Assembly: GCA_963698305.1 (NCBI GenBank)
Contig: CAVOQI010000006.1
Location: forward strand, 28,506-92,505
Length of the DNA stretch: 64,000 nt
Direction: 5' to 3'
From: an uncultured beta proteobacterium
Lineage (GTDB): Bacteria; Pseudomonadota; Gammaproteobacteria; Burkholderiales; Burkholderiaceae_F
Shown: positions 39,356 through 50,448 of the stretch, piece by piece
How the letters are laid out: every line of letters begins with the position of its first letter
How positions within the stretch are numbered: the first letter of the stretch is position 1
The notes under the pieces: model-generated
What the model was told of the DNA's origin: nothing
Database searches by the model: none
Seen by the model: only the letters and a program-made list of their open reading frames with translations
Position numbers and translations under genes: made by a program

Positions 39356-39968
39356 GTGTATCACGGCGAACGACTCAACAGCATCACGCACCTGGTCGGG
39401 GCCGCGCTCGCGGTCATCGGCGCGGTCGTCCTCATCGCGCGCGTCATCGGCCAGGACGATCCATGGAAGATCACCGGCGTGGTGCTCTTCGGCCTGTGCC
39501 TGGTCTCGCTGTATTCCGCCTCCACGCTGTATCACGCCGTCCGCGGACCCCTGAAAGGCATCCTGCGACGCGTCGACCACGCCGCCGTCTTCCTGCTGAT
39601 CGCCGGCACCTACGCGCCCTTCGCGCTCGGGCCGCTGCGCGGCGCGGTCGGCTTGACGCTTGTTCGCGGTCGTCTGGCTGATGGCCGGCGCCGGGATCTG
39701 GCAGGCGATACGGCGCAGCGCCGACCGCGATCCCTCACCGGTGCTGCACCTCGTCATGGGATGGCTCGGCGCGCTGGCGCTGGTGCCGTTGAGCGAGGCC
39801 CTGGGACCGAAGGGCATGGCCTGGCTGGCGGCCGGCGGCATCCTCTACACCATCGGGGTCGTGTTCTATCTGAACGATCGAAAGTGGCGGCATGCGCACG
39901 GGATCTGGCACATGTTCGTGCTGGCGGGCAGCGGCAGTCACTTCGTGGCGGTGATGTACTTCGTCTAG
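39356..39968 (+). pseudogene. Hemolysin III/PAQR-family membrane protein; one frame break
   Basis: GERLNSITHLVGA...STLYHA...VDHAAVFLLIAGTYAPF is in ORF 39356..39997. FAVVWLMAGAGI...HGIWHMFVLAGSGSHFVAV is in ORF 39660..39968. The switch is near 39655. Confidence 0.8.
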
Positions 39969-40462
39969 TGCTGCGCTGGCTGCGCGGAGCGCGGTGACCG
40001 CGGGCCTCCGCTGCTCGACGCCTTCGAAGGCAGGCGGCATCGGCGCAAGCGCGTCCAATCGATGACCTTGCGGCGCAGCGCTTTCACCTGGCCGCGTTGA
40101 ACCTTGGTTTCCACGCGCTTGCGCTGCGAGCTCTTGGTCGGCTTCGTGGGGCGCCGCTTGATCGGGATGTGCGCGGCTTCGTCGATGAGGGCGCGCAGGC
40201 GAAGAATGGCCGCGGCGCGGTTCTTTTCGAGACTGCGTGAGGTCTGCGCCTTGATCACGACGATGCCCTCGTCGGTGATGCGCTGGTCGCGCTTCGCCAG
40301 CAGCTTGTCCTTCAGTTCGTCCGGCAGCGAAGACGCCCGCACGTCGAAGCGCAGATGCACGGCGTTCGAGACCTTGTTGACGTTCTGGCCGCCGGCGCCC
40401 TGGGCGCGGATGGCCTGGAACTCGATCTCTTCGTCGACCAGCGTGTACGGAATGGACGGCAT
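39965..40462 (-). CDS. arfB: Alternative ribosome-rescue factor ArfB (peptidyl-tRNA hydrolase, GGQ)
   Basis: IRAQGAGGQNVNKVSNAVHLRFD and a basic C-terminal tail. About 25 aa longer than the E. coli protein as I recall it. Confidence 0.85.
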   Translation of the reverse strand: MPSIPYTLVDEEIEFQAIRAQGAGGQNVNKVSNAVHLRFDVRASSLPDELKDKLLAKRDQRITDEGIVVIKAQTSRSLEKNRAAAILRLRALIDEAAHIPIKRRPTKPTKSSQRKRVETKVQRGQVKALRRKVIDWTRLRRCRLPSKASSSGGPRSPRSAQPAQH

Positions 40463-40508
40463 GGCGGAAGCTTAGCCGCCGGCCCCACGGTCCGGCGGCT
40501 TGGCGTCC

Positions 40509-41126
40509 TCAGACGCCGAGGTAACGGCCCGGCCTGTGGTTGACGGCGACGACGAGGTTCAGGGCGACGGCGCCCAGCACGGACAGCACGACGCGACCGG
40601 GCTCGACGATGGCGAGCGCGGCGGCGACGATCAGGCAGTCGATCGCCATCTGCACCTTGCCGGCCCGCCACCCGCGGCGCTCCTGCAGCCACAGCACGAG
40701 GATGTTGAGGCCGCCGAGGCTGGCGTGATGGCGGAACAGCATCAGCAGGCCCGCGCCGATCAGGAACCCGCCCATCACGGCCGCGTAGACCGGCTGCAGC
40801 TGGCCAAACCGCACCACCTGGGGCATCAGCAGTTCGGTGAACGTCGACAGCAGCGCGACGGCGACGAAGGTCTTGATGGTGAAACGCCACCCCATGCCCC
40901 GGATGGCGAACCACGCGAAGGGCAGGTTGATCAGGAAGAACACCACGCCGAAGCGCCAGCCGGTGGCGTAGTGAATCAGGAAGGCGATGCCGGCCGTGCC
41001 GCCGGTCAGCAAGCCCGCGTGCGCGAACATCGCGACGCCGAGCGCGACGAAGAGCGCTGCGGTGACCAGCGCCTGCGCGTCTTCGAACAGGGTGTGCTGC
41101 GAGGGAGCGTGGGCGGGATGGAACAT
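40509..41126 (-). CDS. YitT-family (DUF161) membrane protein
   Basis: Starts at MFHPAHAPSQHTLFEDAQALV inside ORF 40509..41522. Contains LTGGTAGIAFLIHY and about 5-6 TM segments. Confidence 0.65.
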   Translation of the reverse strand: MFHPAHAPSQHTLFEDAQALVTAALFVALGVAMFAHAGLLTGGTAGIAFLIHYATGWRFGVVFFLINLPFAWFAIRGMGWRFTIKTFVAVALLSTFTELLMPQVVRFGQLQPVYAAVMGGFLIGAGLLMLFRHHASLGGLNILVLWLQERRGWRAGKVQMAIDCLIVAAALAIVEPGRVVLSVLGAVALNLVVAVNHRPGRYLGV

Positions 41127-41394
41127 GGGTGCGGAGTCTAGGGCCTGCGCATATTGACGCCACGGCCGCTCTGCGCGAAGCTCGCGCACCGCTCGTACGA
41201 GCGCCATCTGATCCAGGAGGCGCCATGTCCAAGACTGATCTTGTCCGCTAGTCGGCCGCTCTCGCGCTGACTCGGTTCGTTCCGATTCCGCCGCGTTTCC
41301 GCGGCCGGCGACATCCAATCGACCACTTCGGGCCGCGCGCCATGCGCGCGATCGCTTGCGCACGCGTTCGCGTGCAGACAGGGAACGAACTGAC

Positions 41395-42438
41395 ATGCAA
41401 TTCGAGCAATGGGATCGGCTGCGGCCGATCGGTCTGACCCCGCCGGTGATGCAGGCACTGGCGGCACTCGACGCGGCCGGAACCCCGCTGCGCGTCGTCG
41501 AAGTCCATCGCGAAAGCGTCATCGTCGCGGACGGCGACGGCGAGTTCGCCGCGCAACTGCTTCCGGCGCTGCGGCGGGAAGCGCCGCTCGCCGTCGGCGA
41601 CTGGGTGGCCGCGGAGCGCGACGCCTATGGCGACTGCTGGATCCACGCCCGCATGCCGCCGCTGACCGCGCTGGTCCGGCGCAACAGCGAGGGCCAGCCG
41701 CAGCCGCTGGTGAGCAACGTCGACACCGCGCTGCTGGTGATGGGGCTGGACGGCGACTTCAACCTGCGCCGCCTCGAGCGCTACCTCGCGATGGTGCAGC
41801 CCGCCGGACTGTGGCCCGTGGTCGTGCTCACCAAGGCCGACCTGTGCGGCGGCGTCGACGCGCGATGCGAGGAGGTGAGCCGGCGCATCGGCCGGCACAT
41901 CGACGTGCACGCCGTGAATGCCCTCGACCGCGCGGCTGCAACAGCGCTGGCGCCGTATCTCGGCGCCGGACAGACGCTGGTGATGCTCGGCTCCTCCGGG
42001 GCGGGAAAGTCGACGCTGACGAACGCCCTCCTGGGCACGGACGTGCAGGCCACCGGCGCCGTGCGCGCGGACGACAGCCGTGGCCGCCACACGACGACCG
42101 TGCGCACGCTGCACCGGCTGCCGGGCGGCGCATGCGTGATCGACACGCCCGGACTGCGCGGGCTCGCGCCGGACATCGACGAGGCGGCGCTGAGAGCGAG
42201 CTTCGACGACATCAGCGCGCTGTCGGCGCAATGCCGCTTCCGCGACTGCACGCATGCGGACGAGCCGGGTTGCGCCGTCCGCGCGGGTGTCGCACCCGAC
42301 CGCCTTGCGAACTACCAGAAGATGCTGCGCGACATCCGGCGCGAGTCGATGACGCCGCTGCAGAAACGCGAGCTGCTGTCGATGTGGAAGGCGCGCCATC
42401 GGGCGGCCGCCGTGCGCATGAAGCTGAAACGCGGCTGA
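41395..42438 (+). CDS. rsgA: Ribosome small-subunit-dependent GTPase A
   Basis: NVDTALLVMG, VLTKADL, GSSGAGKSTLTNAL and the zinc knuckle CRFRDCTHADEPGC. Confidence 0.9.
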   Translation: MQFEQWDRLRPIGLTPPVMQALAALDAAGTPLRVVEVHRESVIVADGDGEFAAQLLPALRREAPLAVGDWVAAERDAYGDCWIHARMPPLTALVRRNSEGQPQPLVSNVDTALLVMGLDGDFNLRRLERYLAMVQPAGLWPVVVLTKADLCGGVDARCEEVSRRIGRHIDVHAVNALDRAAATALAPYLGAGQTLVMLGSSGAGKSTLTNALLGTDVQATGAVRADDSRGRHTTTVRTLHRLPGGACVIDTPGLRGLAPDIDEAALRASFDDISALSAQCRFRDCTHADEPGCAVRAGVAPDRLANYQKMLRDIRRESMTPLQKRELLSMWKARHRAAAVRMKLKRG

Positions 42439-42520
42439 CGGCCTGCCGCTTGACGACCATCAACGCGGGCCGCGCCGGGGCGGACGAGGATGAAATCGGT
42501 TGGACAGCCAAGAAGCCGCC

Positions 42521-42847
42521 ATGACATTCCCGATCCAGCTCGCCTTTCATCAAATGGACCGTTCCGACGCGCTCGAACAGGCCATCCGCGAACGCACCGA
42601 GAAACTCGGCAAGTTCCACCCCGGAATCACCAGCATGCACGTCGCCGTGACGCAGGAAGCGCGGCACAGCAGCAAGGGGCGCCTGTTCAACGTGAAGCTC
42701 GACATGCACGTGAAGGGCAAGTCGTACGCGATCACGCAGAAAGGCGACGAAGATGCCTTCGTCGCCACGCGCGAGGCCTTCGACGCGGCCAAGCGCCTGC
42801 TCGATGCCGAGCTGGACACCGCGCGCGGCTTCGTCAAGCAGCATTAG
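42521..42847 (+). CDS. HPF/RaiA-family ribosome-associated protein (short form)
   Basis: MTFPIQLAFHQMDRSDALEQAIRERTEKLGKFHPGITSMHVAV... has the sigma-54 modulation/HPF fold pattern. Confidence 0.7.
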   Translation: MTFPIQLAFHQMDRSDALEQAIRERTEKLGKFHPGITSMHVAVTQEARHSSKGRLFNVKLDMHVKGKSYAITQKGDEDAFVATREAFDAAKRLLDAELDTARGFVKQH

Positions 42848-42874
42848 GCGCGGCCAGGGCCGCGCGCCGCCGCC

Positions 42875-43219
42875 TCAGTCGACGCTGAGGAGCTCGACCT
42901 CGAACACGAGCGTGGCGTTGGGCGGAATCACGCCGCCCGCGCCACGGGCGCCGTAACCGAGGCCCGGCGGGATGGTCAGCTTGCGCTTGCCGCCGACCTT
43001 CATGCCCGCGACGCCCTCGTCCCATCCGGCGATGACGTTGCCGCGGCCCAGCGAGAAGCTGAACGGATCGCGGCGGTCGTGGCTCGAATCGAACTTGCGT
43101 CCATCCGTCAGCCAGCCCGTGTAATGCACGGTGACCTCGTCGCCGCTCTTCGCGGCGTCGCCGTCGCCCAGGGCCAGTTCCTCGATCATCAGTCCGCTGG
43201 CCGTCGTCACTGTGGTCAT
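42875..43219 (-). CDS. FKBP-type peptidyl-prolyl cis-trans isomerase
   Basis: [18 protein letters not shown]...[33 protein letters not shown]...LVFEVELL. Confidence 0.9.
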   Translation of the reverse strand: MTTVTTASGLMIEELALGDGDAAKSGDEVTVHYTGWLTDGRKFDSSHDRRDPFSFSLGRGNVIAGWDEGVAGMKVGGKRKLTIPPGLGYGARGAGGVIPPNATLVFEVELLSVD

Positions 43220-43274
43220 TGCGCTTCCGTCGTCAGGTGAAGGTGCGCCGATGTTACCCGCGCTCGCGCGCGCA

Positions 43275-44366
43275 TCACGGCGCGAGGTCGACCACCCGCA
43301 CCCGCACCTTGTGTTCCTTGCCGGCGCGCACGATGGTGAGTTCGGCGTCGCGCCCGATGCCGGCTCGGTCCAGTTCGTTGGCGAACTGCGAAGGTGTGCC
43401 GGTCAGGCGGCCGTTCACGGCGACGATGACGTCGCCGACGTCGTTGGAGCGCGGATTCGCGGGCCGCAGCCCGGCCTGCGCGGCCGATGAACCCGGCCGC
43501 ACGTTCTCGATCACCACGCCGCGGATGCCAGCGCGCGCCACGATCTCGGGCGGATACGGAACGATGCCGATGCCGGGGATCGGCGCGCGGCCGCGCGAGA
43601 TCAGCGAGGGCACGATGCGATTGACGAGATCGACCGGGATCGAGAAGCCGACGCCCGCCGAGCTGCCGGAGGCCGAACGGATCGCCGTGTTGACCCCGAC
43701 CAGCCGGCCGGCGCTGTCGAGCAGGGGCCCGCCGCTGTTGCCGGGATTGATCGCGGCATCGGTCTGGATCACGCCCGCGACCTCGCGATAGCCCGAGGTC
43801 GGCAGTTCGCGTTCGAGCGCGCTGACGATGCCGCGCGTCAGCGTGCGCTGCAGGCCGAACGGGTTGCCGATCGCGAAGACGGACTGTCCGACCTTCAGCT
43901 CGCTCGACGAACCCATCGGGATCGGCCGCAGGTCCTTCGGCGGACGCGACAGCTTCACCACCGCGAGGTCGTACTCCGGCGCGCGCCCGACCAGGGTCGC
44001 GGGAATCGGATCGCCGGCATCGAGCTGGACGAACACCTTGCGCGCGCCTGCGACCACGTGATTGTTGGTGACCACGTGCCCCGCGCTGTCCCAGACGAAG
44101 CCGCTGCCCGCGCCCTGCGTCGCGGTGACGAACCAGCCCGACTGCTGCAGGACTTCGGTGGTGATGTAGGCCACCGACGGCGCGGCGTTCTGGAACAGAT
44201 CGACGACCGCCCGTTCGCTGTCGGGCAGCGCGCCGCGCGGCGTCACGGGCCGCGGTTCGGCGCGCGGGGGACTTTGTGCAATGGCCGTCAGCGCCGTGGT
44301 CGCGGCCACGGCCGCGGTGCCGACCACGGCGGCGACGCGCTTCAACCAGCCCGATCGGAATGTCAT
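43275..44366 (-). CDS. HtrA/DegP-like S1C serine protease with one PDZ domain
   Basis: Catalytic triad contexts TNNHVV, YDLAVVK and GNSGGPL. C-terminal PDZ ([18 protein letters not shown]). ATG at 44366. Confidence 0.88.
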   Translation of the reverse strand: MTFRSGWLKRVAAVVGTAAVAATTALTAIAQSPPRAEPRPVTPRGALPDSERAVVDLFQNAAPSVAYITTEVLQQSGWFVTATQGAGSGFVWDSAGHVVTNNHVVAGARKVFVQLDAGDPIPATLVGRAPEYDLAVVKLSRPPKDLRPIPMGSSSELKVGQSVFAIGNPFGLQRTLTRGIVSALERELPTSGYREVAGVIQTDAAINPGNSGGPLLDSAGRLVGVNTAIRSASGSSAGVGFSIPVDLVNRIVPSLISRGRAPIPGIGIVPYPPEIVARAGIRGVVIENVRPGSSAAQAGLRPANPRSNDVGDVIVAVNGRLTGTPSQFANELDRAGIGRDAELTIVRAGKEHKVRVRVVDLAP

Positions 44367-44635
44367 GGTGTCGTTCTCTTTCCGCGTCCGCAGACGATGC
44401 GACCGCGGCGTAGATGAGGCCATGCCCGGAGGATCACAAGTCCACGGTACGGCGTGCGTCCGGCTGGACGCCGGTTCGTCGGCGTGCGGTGGCGCTTCGC
44501 GCCCTCCGCCGCGTCGGACTGCAGTTCGTGCCCGGCTTCGCGCGCTTCATCGCATCCCGGTGGCCCGGCCGCGACGCGCTGCCTACAGTGCGCACATCGA
44601 CGACACGCGTCGTCCGCACCGACAGGACTTTCGCC

Positions 44636-44836
44636 ATGCTGAAGAACGCCGAAACTGTCTTCTTCCTGCTCGCCACGCTGGCCGCGCTCGCGCTGCCCGC
44701 CGTGCCGGCAGTCCAGGAGGCGCTGACGGCCGACTACGCCACGGTCGAGGCGGCCTTGCCGACCTGGATCATGGAACGCGTCGTGATCGTTGCGCCCGAC
44801 GTCGACCCCCCTCAGCAGGTGGCCACGGTTCGCTGA
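44636..44836 (+). CDS. Small hypothetical protein with N-terminal hydrophobic segment (66 aa)
   Basis: MLKNAETVFFLLATLAALALPAVPAVQE... has high GC3 in this frame. The SD is weak and I recognise no family. Confidence 0.4.
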   Translation: MLKNAETVFFLLATLAALALPAVPAVQEALTADYATVEAALPTWIMERVVIVAPDVDPPQQVATVR

Positions 44837-45049
44837 GAGCCTGTGCATCCTGCGCGGCCGGCGCCCCCCCGCCGGCCGCACCTCCTTTGCCGCCGTTCCC
44901 ATCCCGCACGGAAGGTCATCCGTGCCGCCCCCGGTCAACCGCGGGCGGTCGGCCGCCGTTCGAGGCAGAATCGAGGGCTGTCGCCGGATCGCCCGCACTC
45001 ATCGAGCGGCCCGGCGCGCACCTGACCGAGTACCTGACTTGGAGCATTC

Positions 45050-45718
45050 ATGACCCGTCGTCTGCAAACGTCCCTGCTGGCCCTCGCGGCCGCCTCCCTG
45101 CTGGCCGCCTGTGCCTCGTCCGGGTATGAGCCCAACACCACGCGCGACACCGGCATCGGCGCCGCTGCCGGCGCCGCCATCGGCGCGCTGGCGCACTCGA
45201 GCAACCGCACGCACGGCGCCCTGGCCGGCGCCGCGATCGGCGCGCTCGGCGGCTACGTGTGGTCGAGCCAGATGGAAAAGCAGAAGAAGGACATGGAGCA
45301 GGCCACGCGCGGCACCGGCGTTCAGGTCACGCAGACCGCCGACAACCAGTTGAAGCTGGAAGTGCCGAGCGACATCTCGTTCGACGTGGGCCGCGCCGAC
45401 GTCAAACCCAACTTCGCGCCGATCCTCGACAAGTTCGCGCAGTCGCTGAACCAGAACCCCGCGTCGACCGTGCGCATCATCGGTCACACGGACAGCACCG
45501 GCAGCGACGCCGTGAACAATCCGCTTTCGGTCAACCGTGCCGCCAGCACGCGCGACTACCTGACGGCGCGCGGCGTCAGCAGCCAGCGCATCGCCATCGA
45601 CGGCCGCGGCTCGCAGCAGCCGATCGCCGACAACGCGTCGGAAGCGGGCCGCGCGCGCAATCGTCGCGTCGAGATCTTCGTCGCCGAAGCCTCGCAGGCC
45701 GCGCCCGCGCCGCGCTGA
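45050..45718 (+). CDS. OmpA-family lipoprotein with glycine-zipper region
   Basis: Lipobox LLAACAS. GIGAAAGAAIGALA...GALAGAAIGALGG. OmpA C-terminal domain (IIGHTDSTGSDAVNNPLSVNRA...NRRVEIFV). Confidence 0.88.
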   Translation: MTRRLQTSLLALAAASLLAACASSGYEPNTTRDTGIGAAAGAAIGALAHSSNRTHGALAGAAIGALGGYVWSSQMEKQKKDMEQATRGTGVQVTQTADNQLKLEVPSDISFDVGRADVKPNFAPILDKFAQSLNQNPASTVRIIGHTDSTGSDAVNNPLSVNRAASTRDYLTARGVSSQRIAIDGRGSQQPIADNASEAGRARNRRVEIFVAEASQAAPAPR

Positions 45719-45724
45719 CGCGTC

Positions 45725-47188
45725 CTAGCGCCGGGCGTCCGCGCCCGGCGGCGCCGTCGCCGCCCGCATCTGGGCGGCGAGGCGCCAGGCCATCCACGCC
45801 AGTCCCAGGACGGCGATCCCCAGCACGATCCACAGCAGGATGCGCGACCAGTGCGCCTGCGCCGCGATGCGTTCCGTGCGCGCCGTGCTCACGCCCGCCG
45901 CGTCGGCGATCGGCGCCTCGATGCGCGCTGCCGGCAGCTTCACGCCGGACGCATCGTCGGGCGGGAGCAGCGCGCGCAGGTCGAGCGCAGGCGACGGAGA
46001 AGCACCCGCGTGACCGGCCGCGAGGCGATACGGCCCCGGCGCACGCGCGGCGAACGCGATGCGGGCCGGCCGCCACTCCGCTTCGACCGTCGGCAGCGCC
46101 CCGCTGAACGCGCGTGGCGCGTCGATCCGCACGCCGTCGGTCGGGACGCGGAATGCGAGTCCCTCGCTCTCCACTTCGGTGGCGCCGCGCATCACTCGGA
46201 AGACATCGACGGTTCCCGCGTGCACCCAATGCTCCGGCGCCCGCCGCGGCAACAGTCCGAGATGGCGTGACCGCGGCCCAGGGTCGGCAACATGCCGATG
46301 CACGCTCACGCGCTCGGACATGTTCGCCTCCGGCAGGCGGATGAACAGCCGCTCGGTGGGCAATGCCGGGGGAAGATCGGCATACAGGCTGCGGCCCTCG
46401 CCGCCGAGCGTGACGGCGAGCCGCGCGCGCGGCAAGGCGACGAGCACGGGCGCGAGTTCCTCGAAATGCGCCGCGCCGATCTGCGGAGCCGGGCTGCCGT
46501 TCCAGCCGACGCGCAGAAATGACGGCGGAGCGTTCAACTCGACGCGATTCTTTTCGATGGCCTCGCCACCGAGTCGCCGCTCGCGCGCCAGCGGACCCGT
46601 CGCCAGCACGCGCCAGTTCACCAGATCCTCGCTGCCCAGCACCTCGACCCGTCCCGCGAAATCCGGCGCGTTCGGCGCGAACACGAGCACCAGCCGCCCC
46701 TTCATGTCCTTCAGCGGCCGCGCGTCGACCAGGTAGCCACCGACGTCCGGGCTCACCGGTGCCGGCGGCGGCTCGCCCCTGATTTCCAGCACGGCGCGGT
46801 CACGGTCGCGCTCGAAACGCAGCGCATAGGCCTGCAGCGCTGCATCGCGTGCGTCCCTTTGTGCCGGCAACGCCGCGAGGGCGAGTTCGATCTTGCGCAC
46901 ATCGGGAGGCGGCTGAGGCACCGGTGGCAATACCGCCAACGGCAGCGCCTCGCCCTTCGCGTTGAACACCCGCAGGTCGTTCAGCGAACGGTGGGCCGCC
47001 GCGCGATAGACGGACTCGGTCAACTCGACTGCGTTGAGTCCTTCGACCACGTTCGCGAGCGGGAACTGCGCCGCGAAATCCTCGGGCCGCAGGGACTCTG
47101 CGGCCGGCGACGTCGCCGTCGCGGCAGCAGCAAGGGCGAAGACGGCCAGCGCGCGTTTCATGCAGCGAGTCATGCGACGATGATTCAT
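45725..47188 (-). CDS. DUF3999-like secreted protein with C-terminal TM anchor
   Basis: 487-aa intact ORF with signal peptide MKRALAVFALAAAATATSPAAE and C-terminal TM ILLWIVLGIAVLGLAWMAW. It starts 5 nt after the stop of the upstream DUF2339-like gene. The family name is from memory. Confidence 0.65.
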   Translation of the reverse strand: MNHRRMTRCMKRALAVFALAAAATATSPAAESLRPEDFAAQFPLANVVEGLNAVELTESVYRAAAHRSLNDLRVFNAKGEALPLAVLPPVPQPPPDVRKIELALAALPAQRDARDAALQAYALRFERDRDRAVLEIRGEPPPAPVSPDVGGYLVDARPLKDMKGRLVLVFAPNAPDFAGRVEVLGSEDLVNWRVLATGPLARERRLGGEAIEKNRVELNAPPSFLRVGWNGSPAPQIGAAHFEELAPVLVALPRARLAVTLGGEGRSLYADLPPALPTERLFIRLPEANMSERVSVHRHVADPGPRSRHLGLLPRRAPEHWVHAGTVDVFRVMRGATEVESEGLAFRVPTDGVRIDAPRAFSGALPTVEAEWRPARIAFAARAPGPYRLAAGHAGASPSPALDLRALLPPDDASGVKLPAARIEAPIADAAGVSTARTERIAAQAHWSRILLWIVLGIAVLGLAWMAWRLAAQMRAATAPPGADARR

Positions 47189-47192
47189 CCAG

Positions 47193-50100
47193 CTAGCTCC
47201 TTGCCGGTGCGGCCGCGGGCGGCACCGGCGCCAGGTAACCGATCAGCAGGATCAACAGGCCGACCCCGACGAACGACACGATCTGCTCGATCGTGCCCTT
47301 GCCCGCGAGGTCGACGAAGAAGAGCTTGAGAACGACAGCGCCGAGCAGCGTCGCGCCGATCAGCCACATCGCACGCCACGCGCGGCGATGGGCCAGCACC
47401 ATCAGCGCCATCGCCGTGGCCGTCCACAGCAGCGACAACACCGATTGCACGATCAGCGAGCGGGCCAGTGCGTCGAACGACCAGGGCACGCCGGCATAGG
47501 CATGGACGGCGCGCAAGGCCGCCGCGTTCAGCGCGAAGAAGGCAACGCCACCGAGGACGGCGCGCACCGCGGGTCGCCACGCAGGACGATGATCGGCAAG
47601 ATGCCAGCGCAGCACGGCCGCGAGCGTCAGCAGCGCCGACAGGTCGAGCGGATTCAGCAGCGGCAGGTACGGCAGGGGCGCGGCGTCGCCCGGCGTCATC
47701 ACACCGGACACGACCATCCAGCCGAGCGCGAAGAACGCCAGCCCGGGCGCGCCGACGGTTGCATACGCGAACGGCGCGGCACGCATCGGCCAGGCGAACG
47801 CGTAGTGCACCACGAGCCACAGCGCGACCGCGGGCAACGCGCCCCAGACGCCATGGAACCAGCCGTCGCCGGCAATCGCGTCGACGCGCAGCGCCACCTC
47901 GGCCGTGATCATCGCCGTGAGCAGCCACAGGCCGCCGACGTGGACGGCGCCTGGCGACGAGACCTTCGTGACGAGGCGGTCGTCCCAGCGCAGGCGCACC
48001 GCGTAGGCGGCCCACGCGAGCGGCCACACGAACCATCCGTAGTGGCGGCTCGGCAACGTCGCGCTCTCCGCGGCGACCATCAGCGCCGTGGCGGCCACGA
48101 CGAGGTGCACCGCGAACTGGGCCCATGACATGAAGATCGGCCAGTTCCAGCGCAGGCGCTGACCCAGCCACGCGAGCGCGAAGCAGGTCGCGACGACGAT
48201 GAGCAGGGTGAGCTGCGCAACCGCCAGCCGGTCGTCGATGCGGGCGAGCGCCTCGGAGTAGAACGCCACCAGCCAGGTCAGTGCACCGACCGTGAGCAGC
48301 GCCGCGGCCGCGTTGCGGCGCACGGCGGAGCGCGCGAGCGACAGCAGAGCACCGGCGACGGCGGTGGCGACGACTGCCAGGCGCAGCAGCGTCGTCGTAT
48401 TGGCGACCGCGAGCACGCTCTCGTCGAACCCCGCACGCGCTTCCGTGGCGACCCACGCCAGGGCAACGACGGCGATTCCCGCGACCCACTCGGGCGTCAA
48501 GGCCGCGCGGCCCGCGCGCCGATCCGCCGCGAGCAATGCGACGGACAGCACGCACCACGCGGGTACGTACCACGGGTACGCGAGCGGCTGCCACGCCAGG
48601 ACCGCGACCCAGCCCCAGCCGACGAGGCGCGCGCCCCACGGAAGCGCCGCGGTCATCCAACGCGCGGCGGCGCCGTAGCCGGAGCGGCCGCCGACGGCGC
48701 GTGCGAGCAGCCGCGCGCTGGCGAAGGCGGCGCCGGCGAACACGACGAGGTTCAGCGTGAGGCCGGACAACTGCGGCGCGACGTCGACGCTCCCGATGTC
48801 GATGGCGCGGAGCAGCGCGATCGCGCCCGCGGCATGCAGCACCGCGCCGGCGAGCAGCGGCAGCCAGCGGTGCTGCCGCGTGCCGACCCAGAGCAGCGCG
48901 ACGCCTTCCAGCGCCCAGGCTGCCGCCGTCCACTGCGCGCTGGCGGCGAGCGGCACCGCCAGCGTCAGGAAGGCCACGCCGACGCCGAAGCTTGCTTCGG
49001 TGAGCACCGTGAGCGCGGCGTCGCGCCGCTTCAGGAGCAGCGCCGAACTCGCGAGATAGACGGCCGCCGCGACGACGGCGGCAAGCGCCAGTTCGACACC
49101 GTCGACGAACTGCGACTCGATGCCGAACGCGGCCAGCGGCAGCGCGAACATCAGCGTGGTGTCGAAGAGCCCGCGCCTGGCGTCCGGCTGGCGCAGCGCG
49201 TAGAGCAGCGACACGCCGAGGAACAGCAGCCAGAACGTGGCGAGGAAGCCCTGCCCCACCAGCAGGTACGACGGTGTGTAGCTCTCGAACGCCCACGCAC
49301 CCATCACGCCGAAGGTGAACGCGAACGCGATCCAGTTCAGTTCGCGCCACGCGCGGAACCAGGCGATGCCGAGCACGCCGAGGTTCAGCAGCAGGTAGTA
49401 CGACAGCAGCAGTTCGATGCGCCCGCTGCCGGTCGACACGAGGATGGGCGCGAGGAAACCGCCGGCGGCGCCGAGGGCGGCGAGGGCGCGCGCGTTCTGC
49501 ACGACCGAGAGGACGCCGGACAGCACGGCGAGCGCGGCGAGCAGGGCGAACGCAGGCGCGGGCGCGAGCACGTCGTACAGCCGCATCGCCGCGAACACCG
49601 TGAGGTAGAGGATGCCGATCGCGCCGCCCTGCAGCGTGACCGCGTAGCCGAAGCGGCGCTCGCGCAGGCGCCAGCCGAAGCCCAGCAGCACCAGCGCGCC
49701 GGACGCGACCGCGGCCAGCCGCAGTTCGATCGGAATGCGCGTGTGTTCGGCGAGGTAGCGCAGCAGGAAGGCCACGCCGATGAAGAGCACGAGCAGCCCG
49801 ACGCGCGCGACCGTGTTTCCGCCCAGCAGCCAGTCCCTGGCCGCCTGGACGCCGCGGTAGACGAGCCCGGGCTCGGCGGGCCGCGGCAGCAGATCTGCAG
49901 CCGGCACGACCGCCTCCGGCGCGGGCTCGGGCGACGTTCTCGGAGCGGCGGAAGCGGCGGCAACGTCGGGACATCCAGCGGCGCGGCCGTCGGTTCGACG
50001 AACGGCACAGGTGCCGGCACGACGCCTTCAGGCACGACGGCGCGGGCCGCGGCGGGAGCGGTCGCCTGGCCGCGTCGCATCGAATACTCGAGCAGCGCCA

Positions 50101-50317
50101 CGCGCTCGGCGAGTTCATCGATGCGGCGCTGCTGCGCCGCGCGCTCGAGCGCCGCATCGCGTCGCGCCTTCACCGCATAGCCGATCGCGATGCCGACCGG
50201 CACGGTGACGACCAGCATCAGCGGTCCCGCGATGAGGCCGGCGAGAACGCCGACGAGCGCCCCGATCCACAGCGGCGCTGCCGGCGAGTTCGCGTTCCTT
50301 TCAGGCATGAGGCCCAT
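47193..50317 (-). pseudogene. DUF2339-like large polytopic membrane protein; one frame break near the N-terminus
   Basis: N-terminus (MGLMPERNANSPAAPLWIGALVGVLAGLIAG... coiled-coil, Pro-rich linker) is in ORF 49385..50374. The body, with more than 20 TM segments, is in ORF 47193..49907. The switch lies somewhere in 49910-49990. Confidence 0.7.
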
Positions 50318-50448
50318 CCCTGCTCCTGCTTCGCCCGTCTCCACCCCGCCGGCGGGAGCATCGCAGCCAGTCAACCCGGTGCCTAGCGCGCCGCAGCGGC
50401 GAGCCGTAAGGCGCTACCCCCGGCATTGCCGTTCGATACGCCTTCGCC

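Noticed and set aside
47185-50157. 990-aa minus-strand ORF (also 54663..57161 + and 60255..62468 +)
   Set aside because: These are alternative-frame or antisense shadows of the DUF2339-like, SulP and cyclase genes. They are extremely Arg-rich and contain no recognisable domains.
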